Shown here one piece after another: positions 50,124-64,000 of a stretch of 64,000 nucleotides of DNA. Position 1 is the stretch's first letter, and every line of letters starts with the position of its first letter. Under the pieces are notes generated by a model. That model saw nothing but the letters and a program-made list of their open reading frames with translations. It did no database searches and was not told the DNA's origin. The position numbers were made by a program, and so were the translations under genes. The stretch is from Octopus vulgaris (Eukaryota): the NCBI GenBank assembly GCA_951406725.2, contig OX597816.1:10230001-10294000 (forward strand). Direction: 5' to 3'.

Positions 50124-50518
50124 CTAGCAGTATAGCCTGGTGTTGCTCAGGTTTGTTTCGACCTTTTAGAATTGGAATTTTTGAAAAGTAAAAATTTTGC
50201 ATTATGTAGCTTCTTATTCTCTTTGAGTGAACAATTTTCTGGTTGAAATACACCGAAAAATGGCGACACAGCAGTAAAAAAATCGTAAAAAATAGGGATT
50301 TTCATAGAAAAAAAGCACCTTTTTGATGTAAATAATTTTTGGTGTTAACATGGTCCGATTTGAATTTTTTCTTCTACGGAAGGAAGAGCAAGCCATCTTC
50401 TATCATACTCTCAATTTTGGTCAACTTGCACCACAGGGTCTTGGAGGAGATAGTGTTAGTTGAAGGCTACCAAACCTGCCACACACCACACACAGACAAC
50501 TTCAGCTTTATATATAGA
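50124..50518 (-). mobile_element. Non-autonomous Helitron
   Basis: Minus strand starts A|TCTATATATAAAG and ends in the hairpin cctgagcaacaccagg then CTAG|T; A/T target, no TSD. Confidence 0.8.
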
Positions 50519-50989
50519 TTATGCACTTTTGCAGTCTAAAAGCTTGAGATTGCATCTAAACCATTATCCTTCTAATGGTCCTTTGGTACCATTGGAAGAA
50601 TTCATTCTGCTGTAAACATTTGGGTTAGGTCTTTCGTCTGAAGATAATTTCTCGTCTTCTTTCTCCTTCAGTCTTGCAACCTCTCAAAATGGTAATTGGG
50701 TTATTGGAACTTCCTTGTCTTCTCTGATGAAATAATTTTAAGAATATCTGCAGAAGCTCTTAAGACAACGAAATATGATCAGAAATGTCTGTTATGTCTT
50801 GTAGTCATTACAGGTACCAGTGTCATGCAAATGGCACTCATGCTGTTGGCATGTAGAAGCACCCGTTACACTTTCAGAGTGGTTAGCATTAAGAAGGGAA
50901 TCCAGTTGTAGAAACCATGCCAAATCAGACTAGAGTTTGGTGCAGCCTTCCAGCTTTTTAGTGCCGAGATGATATGTAAACACACACAG

Positions 50990-51039
<50 letters not shown>

Positions 51040-51201
51040 GCACAGGAGTAGCTGTGTGGTAACTAGCTTGCTTACCAACCACATGGTTCCAGGTTCATTC
51101 CCACTGTGTGGCAACTTGGGCAAGTGTCTTCTACTATAGCGTCGGGCCGAATAAAGCCTTGAGTGGATTTGGTAGATGGAAACTGAAAGAAGCCCATTGT
51201 A

Positions 51202-51246
<45 letters not shown>

Positions 51247-52056
51247 ATATGTTTGTGTCTGTGTTTGATCCCCTCCAACATCGCTTGACAACTGATGGTG
51301 GTGTGTTTACGTCCCCATAACTTAGCGGTTCAGCAAAAGACACCAATAGAATAAGTACTAAGTTTTCAAAGAATAAGTCCTGGGGTCGATTTGCTCGACT
51401 AAAAGAGGTGCTCCCGCATGGCCACAGTCAAATAACTGAAACAAGTAAAAGAGAAATATATATGTATATATGTGTGTTTGTAAAATTATTATATATAATT
51501 GGTAGAAATTACAGAATGACCCTTTCTTTGTGAATCTTATCAATATTGGAACTGTAGACATTTATTAAATGTTATCCATGAAACTCAGGATCATTCTGTA
51601 ACTTCTACCAATTATATATAATAATTTTACAATGAAAGATAAAATCGGTGTTGGTGTGTTTACATCCCTGCAACTTTGTGATGCAGCAAGAGAGACCAAT
51701 AGAATAAATACCAGGCTTTCAAAAAAACGTACTGGGGTCGATTCACTCAACTGAAGTTCTTGAAGGTGGTGCCCCAGCATGGCCATAGTCTAACGACTGA
51801 AACAAAAGATAAAAGTTGTACTAAGTTTTGTTTATTCTCTCTGTTCTTGTAAACCTCTCTCCCTCTACATATATATATATATATATATATAAAGGCGCAG
51901 GAGTGGCTGTGTGGTAAGTAGCTTGCTTACCAACCACATGGTTCCGGGTTCATTCTCACTACATGGCACCTTGGGCAAGTGTCTTCTACTATAGCCTTGG
52001 GCTGACCAAAGCTTTGTGAGTGGATTTGGTAGACGGAAACTGAAATAAGCCCGTTG

Positions 52057-52093
<37 letters not shown>

Positions 52094-53158
52094 ATGTTTG
52101 TGTGTCTGTGTTTGTCCCACCAACATCACTTGACAACCGATGCTGGTGTGTGTACGTCCCTGTAACTTAGCAGTTCGGCAAAAGAGGCCGATAGAATAGG
52201 TACTAGGCTTACAATGAATAAGTTCTGGAGTCGATTTGCTCGACTAAAGGCGGTGCTCCAGCATGGCCACAGTCAAATGACTGACAAAAGTAAAAGAGTA
52301 AAAACAGAGTAAAGATATATATATATATATAAAAATATAAATATAAATATATATATATATGTGCATATACACAGATATATAAATACACGTTTTGAACAAG
52401 CATATACGCAACAGTAACTGAGACATAATTAAATAATATAAATAAATGTACATTGAAAACATGTTCTGAGATATATCATTGATGTAGTGTTCGCAAAATG
52501 CCAATATCTTTAGACAACATCATTAGATACAGGAGCTGAAATCTTTGAGTCTGTGCAAGATGTTCAATGCATCTTACATGTACGTCAGCACGAGTCTAAA
52601 TCAAATGAAAGATACATGACTAGGCTAATCTACTCTGACGTATGTTCACATTCTGTCAGTTGTAGGATGCTTAATACCTATTCAGTAATAGCTCTTCCTT
52701 TAAATTTGCTTCGGTGTATGTAGGCCATGGAAAACTGGGAAAATAGAGGAAAGGAGGTATTTTCCAAACATGATAACACACCATGAGAATCTGCTCTTAT
52801 AACAATCATCCCTTCCTCCCCCTCTCTCACTCTCTGAATTTATGTATACATCTATTACCTATCTATCTATTTATCTATCTACTTACCTTCCTATTTATTT
52901 ATCTGTCTCTACTTACATATATGTGTGTGAGAGTATGCATATATATATATATATATACCTTTATATATATACATATATACACATATATACATATATATAT
53001 ACATATATATAGATATATATACACATATATATACACACATATATATATATATACACAGATATATATATACACACATATATATATACACATATATACACAC
53101 ACACACACACATATATACATATATATACACACACACATATATATATACACACACACAC

Positions 53159-53211
<53 letters not shown>

Positions 53212-53326
53212 TAAATATATATATACACACACACATATATATATATATACACACACACATATATATATATATATATACACACATATATATATATACATAC
53301 ACACACATATATATATACATACACAC

Positions 53327-53366
<40 letters not shown>

Positions 53367-54313
53367 TTATTATACATATAGGTAGATATGGATGTGTATC
53401 TGAGCATTTGTTTACAATTGCATGCTTTGAGCAGCATTGTTGACAGGAAAATGTATGAAATATGAAATCCTGTACTTAAAAAAAAAAAAAAAAAAAGAGC
53501 AAGAAAATAGTTATGTTTTATTGCCAGGAAAGGCATTCAGCCAAACAGAAAGATACCTCAATAATATATTCTCGTTTTTTGTTACCCCCATTTTCTCACG
53601 CTAGAATATGTCATGACGAATGATGAAGCTGAAGTTAATAGGGAAAAAATGAGACTTGTTAATCAAGGAAGACGGCAAAATACGAAGAATGATATGTGAG
53701 AATATTTTGCACCAACGAGAATGAGAAAATGGTTTAGAAGCGAAAACGTGACTGAAGAGAAGAGATCAAGATTTCCAAGAAATTAGTCAAAGGATTATGA
53801 AAGAAATGACAGGATATATATATATATATATATATATATCATCATCGTTTAACATCCACCTTCCATGCTAGCATGGGTTGAACGATTTTGACTGAGGGCT
53901 GATGAGCCAGATGGCTGCTCCAGGCTCCAATCTTGATCTGGCAGTGTTTCTACAGCTGGATGCCCTTCCTAATGCCAACTACTCCGAGAGTGTAGTGGGT
54001 GCTTTTTACGTGTCACCGGCACGGGGACCAGTCAGGCGGTACTGGCAATGACCTTGCTTGAATCATTTTACATGTGCCAGTGAAGTGACATTGGTAACGA
54101 TCACACTCGAATGGTGCCCTTGTACGTGCCACGGGTACGGAAGCCAGTTGGCTGCTCTGGCAACGATCACACTCGGATGGTGGGGTACAGAAGCCAGTTG
54201 GCTGCTCTGGCAATGATCACGCTTAGATGGTGCTCTTGGCACCCTACTAGCACAGGCATGAGTGCCAGTAAGATGACGCTGGTAATGACCATATATATAT
54301 ATATACACACATA

Positions 54314-55182
54314 CTGTGTGCGATGGGTAAATTGTTGCCATTTCATCTTTTTAATTTTGTGCATGTGCATTGTTTGTTTTCGATTTTGTCGACTACACAG
54401 TATAGTAGGGTCAGTTGGGAACTCTGTGAGAAAAACAGCCCCATGACACAATTAACTCTGCCAGAAATTTTGAAACGACATGCTGTACCGCTTGGCATTC
54501 ATGCTGGAAGCTCCAATATGAACATTTCAGAGTGTTTGGGTGTCAATCTGAGGACATGTTCCGAGAGTAATAAAAATCAAACATCTACTCAACATCATGG
54601 TGTTTGGAGTGATCACTAGTGATGGTGACATTATGTCTCTATTTATCTTCTCACACGGCCTCAAACTCAACATGGAGGCCTACATCAAGTGCCTGGAGGA
54701 GGTAGTGCTGCTCTGGGTGAAGAGGGTGGCTGCTGGAAGACCCTATGTCTGGCAACAGGACTCTGCACCATGCCACACAAGCAGGAAAACTCAGTCATGG
54801 CTGTCAGACAATTTCTGTGACCACATCACCCCTAATGTCTGGCCACTTAACTCCCCAGACTCCAACACCCTTGATTATTATGTGTGGGGCACAGTTGAGA
54901 GAGAGACCAACAAAACTCCTTGTAACACCAAAGATGAATTGAAGGCAAGGATTATGGCAGCATACACCTACTTAAATAAGGAGACCATCCAGAAGAGCTG
55001 CAGGAGATTCCAAAGTCATCTGGTGGCTGTGGTTGAAGCCAATGGTGATTTTATTAAATAAATTTACACTTTAGTATTTCAAGATATTTCTATGCAATTT
55101 TAGTAAATATATCTGTTAAAATGAGATGTCAGTTACTTTCGCTTTTGAGTAACTTAGATGACAATTTACTCACTGCACCCTA
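54314..55182 (+). mobile_element. Tc1/mariner DD37D (maT) element, internally deleted
   Basis: ORF 54597..55061 WQQDSAPCH..WPLNSPDSNTLDYYVWG with 37 residues between the two Asp; imperfect TIRs (gtgcgatgggtaaattgt / acaatttactcactgcac). Confidence 0.9.
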
Positions 55183-55214
55183 CACACACACATATATATG
55201 TGTGTGTGTGGGTG

Positions 55215-55245
<31 letters not shown>

Positions 55246-56004
55246 ATATATGTATATGTATATATATGTGTGTGTATATATGTATATATATATATATATA
55301 TGTGTGTGTGTATATGTGTATATACATTTGTGTGTATATGTATATATATATATATATATATGTATATGTGTGTATATGTGTGTGTATATATGTGTGTGTG
55401 TATATATGTGTGTGTATGTATGTGTGTGAGTGTGTGTTTGTCACCCCAACATTGCCTGACAACCAATGCTAGTGTGCTTACATCCTCATAACTTAGTGGT
55501 TCATCAAAAGAGACTGATAGAATAAGTATGAGGCTTACAAAGAATAGGTCCTGGGGGTCGATTTGTTCAACTAAAAGGTGGTGCTCCAGCATGGCCGCAG
55601 TCAAATGACAAACAAATGAAAGAATAAAATATCTGAACTGTTTTCCTTGCTCAAGCTTGTATCATGTACTTTTATGTTCGCTTTACGGCTGTTGGCTCTC
55701 CAGTCCTCAGTCAAACCATCCAACCCATGCCAGCATAGAAAATGGACATTAAACAACGACGATGATGATGATGATTTAACCCTTTAGCATTCAGATTATT
55801 CTGTCAAATGTAAAGCTTATGTATTCACAGCATGTAAAATTAATCTTGCATCATTTCATAGCTGAGATTTCAATAATGTGATTGTTTATTTTTAAAATGA
55901 CACAATAAGGTGGCTATGAATGACCATATCTGACTAGTTTGAACATAAAATAGGTAGAATATTTTGGCCGGGTATGGCCGGTTTAAACACTAAAGGGTTA
56001 ATAA

Positions 56005-56290
56005 CCACTGTCTTTTTCTTTTGTCCATTTTCAACCTTTTGTGCAGCATTCCCTTTCACAATATCAACAATTTCTCGTTATTTCTCATATCTGTCTACCT
56101 GTAATATTGCATCTTCTTATATTGCTTCAGTTCATACCATTGTTTGCATGTCCTTTGATCTCAATTGTCTCCCTGGATATACACACAGGTAGATATTAAA
56201 TAGCATGGCGATAACACGCATCCTTGTCTTACACCTCTATTCATTTCTGCTTGTTCTGTCAATTCCTAATGTATTTTGATGGCTTCCTAA
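56005..56290 (-). mobile_element. Old RTE-like RT fragment
   Basis: Minus translation RGVRQGCVLSPC; remainder frameshifted. Confidence 0.65.
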
Positions 56291-59200
56291 ATCTGTCTGT
56301 TGGTAATTGAATGATGGGGAAAGGAAAAAAATTAAGGTATTTTAAGTATCCCCGTTTTTCTTTCCAGTAATGGAGTCCAGATAAAAATCTGGTTTCAGCT
56401 GGTTTGGAAACTGAAAAGAAGAGAATCTTCTGTGAACACATGAATTTATCTGACTAAAACAAGATAAACAGGCAGAAAGAAACGGATGAGGTGTAGGGGA
56501 AAAATGTGATGGGTTTGTCATGTGTGAAGAAAGATTATGTGAGAGAGAGAGAGAGATTATGTACATAGAACGAATGGAAAAAACAAAAAAACAAAACATA
56601 TATCAATGCAACAACGATAACAATAATGGAAGCACTTCCCTATTTAACATAAAATAAGAAAAAAAAATTGAGGACTTTAAAGAAAGACAGATTTGAAACA
56701 AAAGACAGTAATGTTCTCTGTAGTTTATTTAAGCAGTTTAATGAAAAGAGACATTTGCAATTAAGATTTTGTTGTAGAAACAATATATTAGTGCTTAAAG
56801 ACAGGGCAAACTGCAGTAGTGGCAGTAAATACAACAACAACTACAAAACAATAATGTAACAATGACAATGATAATGGTTAAAATAACAGTCTTATTTAAT
56901 TAGTTTTTTTTTTGTTTTTTGTATTATCTCTTATATATTTTGTTGTTATAATTTTTCTCTATTTTGTTTATAAATTGGAGATTCAGTATTTGAAACACCA
57001 CAAAAGACATATTTTGCCGAAGTTTTGTTAGCCTGTTTGTTTTTTTTTTTGTTGGTATATTTTTGTTTGTATGTTTTTGTTTGTAGATTTATTTGGAAAA
57101 AAAAATTCTTTTATGGCCAAAAAATGCTTTCATCTTCCTGTTATTTTTCATGAAACAAAATTTCTTTAAAAATAGGAAAACAGAAAACGAAATCAAAGAA
57201 CTTGACAGTGTGAGTTTATATATCTGTGTGTTTGTGTATGTGTGTATATATATATATATATACTAACACACATACACACACACATAATAAAGATGTGTCA
57301 AAAACTTTCTTTGTCTTCTTATTCAGATTATATATACACTATATATTATACACACACATATACATATATTTATATACTATCGTTACCGTCTTCATCCTCA
57401 CTTTGTGTCTGTTTTCCATGCTGGCATTGGTAGGATCGCTTGGTGGGATCTAACATGTTGAAGGACCATATCTTGCTCCAATGTCTCATCCTTGGTATGG
57501 TTTCTATGGCATGATGTACTTCATAATACCAACCAATTCACAGAGTGTACTGGGTACATTTTTCCATGGCACCATCATTATAGAAGTTGGGTTCCTTTCG
57601 ACAAGACTAAAAGAGGGGTCACAAGTTCTGTGTTGTTGCTGCTCAAATTGATTGCCAATAACAGGATGCTTCTTTTTGCATCAGCTCTGTTGTTGTTGTT
57701 AAGCAACAAGATGGGTAAGGGTGATTAGGTGATGGTCTAGGGCTTAGGGGCGAGAGACCTCAGACCTTAGAGAAAAAAAAAAACTTTGGTCGTCTTGTTG
57801 TAGTCGAGGGCTCTTCGTTAATGCCCGACACCACTGGGAGGCGGCCCTCGAAGTCGCTGGAAATGGAGATCTCCAGGTCCAAATTCTTGAACGGCCATCA
57901 GCTCTGTTGGGGGTTGTGGGGTATGTCATCTTGCAGCACGTGTTTGTCCTTCAACTCTTGTTTTCACCCACATGTAAGAGTTTGGCAATAAAAAGGGCTG
58001 ATAGAATTGTGTCAAGAAAATTTGCTGTTAGAAATTTCACTGTCTAGGAAAATACACCACAAGACAAATTCACCATATGGAGAATGATAAGGGGTATTAT
58101 AACAGCATATTCTAAAATGGAAAAAAAAAAAAAAATTTTGATGCGGTCATTTCTTACAGCAAAAATTCATGTAATCAGATACAATATATATCAGTCCTAA
58201 GGGGATAAGCTGGCAGAAACATTAGCACACTGGGGGGTGAAATGCTTGGTGGTATTTCATCTGTCTTTACATTCTGAGTTCAAATTCTGCCGAGGTTGAC
58301 TTTACCTTTCATCCTTTTGGTGTTCATGAATTAATCACCAGTTGTGTACTAGGATTGATCTTATCGACTGGCCCCCCCTCCCCCAAAATGTTGGACCTTG
58401 TGCCTAGAGTAGAAAAGAATATTAAGGAGGTTAGCTGGTGAAATGCTTAGCAGTATTTCGTCTGCTGCTACATTCTGAGTTCAAATTCCGCCAAAGTCGA
58501 CTTTGCTTTTCATCCTTTCGGGTTCGATAAAATAAGTACCAGTTACGCACTGGGGTCGATATAATCGACTTAATCCATTTGTCTGTCCTTGTTTGTCCCC
58601 TCTGTGTTCAGCTCCTTGTGAGTAGTAAAGAAATAGGTATTTCGTCTGTCTTTATGTTCTGAGTTCAAATTCCACCTTGGCTGACTTTGCCTTACATCCT
58701 TTTGGGGGTCAATAAATTAAGTACTAGTTGTGTACTGGGATCAGTCTATTCAACTGGCCTCCTCCCACCAAATTTCAAGCCTTGTGCCCAGATTAGAAAA
58801 GAAATGACATTTTGTGGTATTTCTTCCAGTTCACTACATTCTGAGCTCAAATCCTGCCAAGGGCAATTTTGTCCTCTATCCTCCTTGGGTAGGTAAAATA
58901 AAGTACCAGTCAAGTACTGGAGGGGGGTCAATGTTATCAACTAGCTGCCTTTCCTCATAAACTGCAGCCTGCTACAAAAATCGGAAAGGTTTAATAGTAG
59001 TATGAATGTCTATGAATTTAATAAAATTAATTATCAAAATAATTAACTGATTTTTAATTACCTCGACTGTTTAAATATTTATATGTATTATCACTGGTTT
59101 TCAAATGAAATGGTAGAAGTGCTGAACAGTTATTTAAAATTTAACCTTTTAACATTTAAATCGACCATATCTGCTCAAAATATTCTGTCTGTTTTACGTT

Positions 59201-60691
59201 TGAACTGGCCAGAGCTGACCTCTGCCACCTTACAATACCATTCTGAAGATATACAACCACTTCTTTGAAATCTTAAAGCTTATGAGACAATGCTTAATTG
59301 ATTCGAAACAAAGTGAATAAAGAAGCGTCATATTTGACAGAGAAATCTGAATGCTTAAGGGTTAAAGAAGTGGAAAAATATCCGTGGCGAATGTTTCGAT
59401 TGGAATGAGAAAAATTAATAGACTGACCGCTATTAAGCATAATTACTTCATTAACAGAGCAGAATTCTTTCTAGTTGTAAGTTCTTCAGCTTAATAAAAG
59501 TTTCTGGTTTAGACTCAGGGCCAACAAATTTCGGTAGGGATTAATCAATCAGACTGTCTCTAATTTTTGACAGGGAGTTTATTTTATCGACTCTGAAAGG
59601 ATGGAAAGGCCAAGCTGTTCTTAGTAGGGTTTGAACTTAGAATGTAAAAAAAAACAGAAGATATGCTGCTAGGTGCTTTTGTTCAACACACTAATGGTTC
59701 TGCCTCTTCAACACCAAAATATACTTTGGGACTTCATGATCCAATGTGACCACTGAACTGAACACTGGGCATCCTATAGTGTGCTGGTATACAAGGAAGT
59801 AAGGCAGCAACCTGGAAGAAACGTTAGAATGGTGGGTGAATACTTAACAGTATTTCGTCTGCCATTACTTAATCGACTTAAACCGTTTGTCTGTCCTTGT
59901 TTGTCCCCTCTATGTTTAGCCCCTTGTGGTTAGTAAAAAATTGGTATTTCATCTGCTGCTACGTTCTGAGTTCAAATTCCACCGCGGTCGACTTTGCCTT
60001 TCATCCTTTCGGGATCGATAAATTAAGTACCAGTTACGCATTGGGGTCGATATAATTGACTTAAACCACTTGTCTGTCCTTGTTTGTCCCTTCTGTGTTT
60101 AGCCTCTTGTGGGTAATAAAGAAATAGGTATACAAGGAAGCAAAATCATGTCTGATCACAGACATCAACTGCCATGGAAGCAAGAAGAACCATTGAAAAA
60201 GAACGAGTAATGAGATATGAAGCATTAAAGAGAGAAACGCACCACCAGGTTTCTTTCTGTCAAACTGGAAACCTTGACCCATCTCCAAATCGTGTCTGTA
60301 GTATAAAGTAGATTATCTCACAGGAATTTTCTGTTAATATTTGTGTTGAAGTCTCCATCTTTTCTCCTTCTTACCAAATATATATCAACTGATACCTCTT
60401 TGTACTGCTGTCCTGCCTGGGGCTCTCTCACCTTTCATACCTTACTTCTCCAAATTGTTTTGCATCTCTGATAATCTTTCATTCTTTTACTTGTTTCAGT
60501 CATCTGACTGTGCCCATGCTGGAGCACCGCATTTAGTTGAACAAATCGACCTCAGGACTTATTCTTTGTAAGCCTAATACTTATTCTATCGGTGTCTTTT
60601 GCCAAACTGCTAAGTTACGGGGATGTAAACACACCAGCATCGGTTGTCAAGCGATGTTGGGAGGAGACAAACATTAGATACACACATATAT

Positions 60692-60722
<31 letters not shown>

Positions 60723-60783
60723 CATACATACATACATATATACATACATACATACATACATACATACATACATACACACATAC

Positions 60784-60831
<48 letters not shown>

Positions 60832-61182
60832 GCAATAGGCTTCTTTCAGTTTCCATCTACCGAATCCACTCATAACACTTTGGTCAGCCCGAGGCTATGG
60901 TAGAAGACGCATACCCAAGGTGGAACACAGTGGGACTGAACCCAGAAACATGTGGTTGGTAAGCAAGCTACTTACCACACAGTGATTCCTGTGCCTATGT
61001 CTAGCTTTTATTCTGACTTCTAAGCTGCGGGGGTACATTCATCACTAGAAGAGATCCTGATCTTCTTAACTAGTTGCCTATTCTATTTGACTTTCAAGTT
61101 TATCTGATTCACAGGTGGTCAGATGGGTAGCCATTTGTTCACTAAATGCAGGATTGCAAATGGTTGGATCATTTCATGTCCA

Positions 61183-61658
61183 GAAAATTTGCCATAAGAC
61201 AATTCCTTGTGTGGAAAATGAGAAAACATATTACATTAACATTTTCTAATATAATAAAAAACAAATAAGGTCTGGTGAATCTATTTACACAAACGCATAC
61301 TTATCTGTTAAAATTAAAATATAGTATTTGTTATTGAACTATGATAAAGTTATTTAGGAGCCTGATGATTGGGGTTACATTTTAAGAAAGGTTCCTGGAA
61401 AACACTGCCAGCTTGAGGAACCGTAAAGAACCTCAAGAAACACGTGTAGCTGAGAAATGAGTAGTAAGTATTAAAATAAAATTCTTTTATATGGTGTGAT
61501 GATGGGTACTACTATCTCTAAATAACTTATATAATAAAAAACGAATAATGATAAAAAGGTTTAAGAAAAGCATCAGATAGACTAATCTTTACAAAATGTC
61601 AAACATTAAAAAAATATGATGAGGTCATTTAAAATGAAATTTCTTATGGCAAATTTTC
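61183..61658. mobile_element. Old TIR element with a 17-bp perfect inverted repeat (related short copy 58017-58168)
   Basis: gaaaatttgccataaga (61183-61199) and tcttatggcaaattttc (61642-61658). Confidence 0.55.
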
Positions 61659-62227
61659 CTACAGCAAAAATTTTTATAAATGGCGGTGCCCCAGCATGGC
61701 CACAGCTCTTGAGCTGAAACTAGATGAAATAAAAAAAAAAAGTGAAATTTGCTATAACTGAGTCATTTGCACCCCAACACTCCATTAGCATCGATCCTTC
61801 ATCATTCCTCACAGCTCTCATGTGCTTCAGAATAATAATCATCAATGGAAATTGTAGTTGTGATACCAGTGCCGGTGGCATGTAAAAGAACCATCTGAAC
61901 ATGGCTGTTGCCAGCACCGCCTCGACTGGCCTCCGTGCTGGTGGCACATAAAAAGCACCAACCGATCATGGCCGTTGCCAGCCTCGCCTGGCACCTGTAC
62001 TGGTGGCACGTAAAAAGCACCCACTACAATCTCGGAGTGGTTGGCGTTAGGAAGGGCATCCAGCTGTAGAAACACTGCCAGATCAAACTGGGCCTGGTGC
62101 AGCCTCCTGGCTTCCCAGACCCTGGTCGAACCGTCCAACCCGTGCTAGCATGGAAAGCGGACATTAAACAATGATGATGATGATGTTACTCAAAATATCC
62201 TTCAAAGTACTCAGTCATGATGCAGCT

Positions 62228-62480
62228 GTTGTTGTTGTTGTTGTTGGTCACCTCAAGCGCCTGAGAATGACTCTCAGAAGCACTGGAGCCGCGGAAGGGA
62301 GGAGACGAATCATCTCATTCATTGTAGCCCCTAGTTGGCAGATATAGCGTCCCACCATCAGGACCGGACATCTCAGCAACCAGAGACGTTCAGCAGGTTC
62401 CACCTCCTCGTCACAGAGTCTGTTGCAGCTGTTGCTCGTTATCGGGGTCATCTGCAAATAGACCCTGGTGAGCATTAAAT
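62228..62480 (-). mobile_element. LINE 3' end (I-group-like, degenerate CCHC knuckle) with (CAA)n tail
   Basis: C.RLCDEEVEPAERLWLLRCP.L...R...LG..LLRVILRRLR* immediately followed by (caa)n; GC-rich relative to flanks. Confidence 0.62.
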
Positions 62481-63022
62481 ACAATTCGGTAATCTCGCTG
62501 ATGATTACAATGTAAACAAAGCCATTGTGTATTCGCAGCCATAAACCTAACTGATAGCCACACTTCATTAAACTGTTGCATTAAAATCAATGTTTACCAA
62601 AATTGCTTATGAATTAAGATTCATTTATTCACACTGTCTTACAAAGACTTAAGTGCTAATAGACAACATTCCCAGTTGAGAATCTACCAACAAAAATACA
62701 GTTTAGGCAGCTGGAATGGCTGTGTGGTTAAGCAGCTCACAACCACACGGTTTTAGGTTTGATCTGTTCGTTTCTTGAAATTCACTCAAATGGCTTTGGT
62801 TGATAGGGGCAATGGAAGACCTTGGCTGAAGGTGCCACACGGTGGGACTGAATCAGGAACCGTGTGGTTGGGAAGTAAACCTCCTCCCTCACACCCGTGT
62901 CTGCACCTGTGAGTAAAATGTTGCGAGAAAGAATCACAAGGAAATTCTTCCAGCTAAGACAACTGGTGGGAGATTTAGAGGCAGAGCAAGATGGAGATGC
63001 TTAGATAATATCCTTAATCTCA

Positions 63023-63408
63023 GGCGCAGGAGTGGCTGTGTGGTAAGTGGCTTGCTAACCAACCACATGGTCCCGGGTTCAGTCCCACTGCGTGACATCT
63101 TGGGCAAATGTCTTCTGCTATAGCCCCGGGCCGACCAATGCCTTGTGAGTGGATTTGGTAGACGGAAACTGAAAGAAGCCTGTCGTATATATGTATATAT
63201 ATATATGTGTGTGTGTTTGTGTTTGTCCCCCTAGCATTGCTTGACAACCGATGCTGGTGTGTTTACGTCCCCGTCACTTAGCGGTTCAGCAAAAGAGACC
63301 GATAGAATAAGTACTGGGCTTACAAAGAATAAGACCCGGGGTCGATTCGCTCGACTAAAGGCGGTGCTCCAGCATGGCCGCAGTCAAATGACTGAAACAA
63401 GTAAAAGA
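63023..63408 (+). mobile_element. Family A SINE, near-consensus young copy
   Basis: Full length, CpGs retained, nearly the reverse complement of 34221-34614. Confidence 0.9.
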
Positions 63409-63452
63409 GAAGAAGAGAAAGAAAGAATCTCTATTAGGCATTCTTAGGAACA

Positions 63453-63747
63453 GGCCAACTGTAAAGTTAATGATGGACACTTCTGATAGGGTCCTAGAGA
63501 AGATTCTACCCCGTCAACTGACCCTTTCTGGAATAGTGGGTTGTAGAAATGGATAGATAGAGATAGAAATGCCGAAATATTTCAACATTTCATGATTTTA
63601 GAGGAAAATGTGTAAAGGAAGAATTTCTACCACTATCCATTCATCCATATTTCCACAACCCACTATTCCAGAAAGGGTCAGTGGATAGGGTAGAGTCTTC
63701 TCTAGGGCCCTATCAGAAGTGTCCACCATTAACTTTACTGCTGGGCC
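63453..63747. repeat. Long inverted repeat / foldback MITE
   Basis: 63461-63550 is the near-perfect reverse complement of 63649-63738. Confidence 0.9.
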
Positions 63748-63817
63748 CCAGTAGAGATTATAGACCAAAGCCTTATTGGTGGATTCTGTAGACGGAAACT
63801 GAAAGAAGCCTGTTGCA

Positions 63818-63868
<51 letters not shown>

Positions 63869-64000
63869 GTGCGTCTATGTCCCCTCACCATCACTTGACA
63901 ACCGATGCTGGTGTGTTTACATCCTCGTAGCTTAGCAGTTTGGTAAAAGTCACTAATAGAATAAGTATTAGGCTTACGAACAATAAGCTCTGGGGTTGAT

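Noticed and set aside
53899-53925. CTGATGA followed by a short stem (also CTGATGA at about 8190, 48338 and 50724)
   Set aside because: No correctly placed GAAA, stem III or cleavage triplet; chance or mutated repeat sequence.

Overview
AT-rich, microsatellite-laden eukaryotic DNA with no recognisable intact host gene. The repeat landscape (tRNA/CORE-type and Meta-domain-type SINEs, RTE LINE, very long (TA)n and (TAA)n tracts) is characteristic of a cephalopod, most likely Octopus (inference). It is an intronic or intergenic transposon graveyard: a 5'-truncated RTE LINE with about 19 copies of its modular 3' UTR, a decayed piggyBac, a DD36E Tc1 element, three DD37D maT elements, R4/Dong and I-group LINE fragments, a non-autonomous Helitron and several MITE families. 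Most ORFs in the supplied track are microsatellite artefacts. Most notable: (1) a ~340-bp-period array of head-to-head pairs of tRNA-like Pol III cassettes (17.57-20.28 kb); (2) a complete type I hammerhead ribozyme core of Penelope type (18109-18200) with a partial inverted copy; (3) a decayed, intronless, non-transposon-like ORF relic (10.7-12.4 kb) that may be an endogenous viral element. All coordinates and alignments were read by eye; no searches were run.
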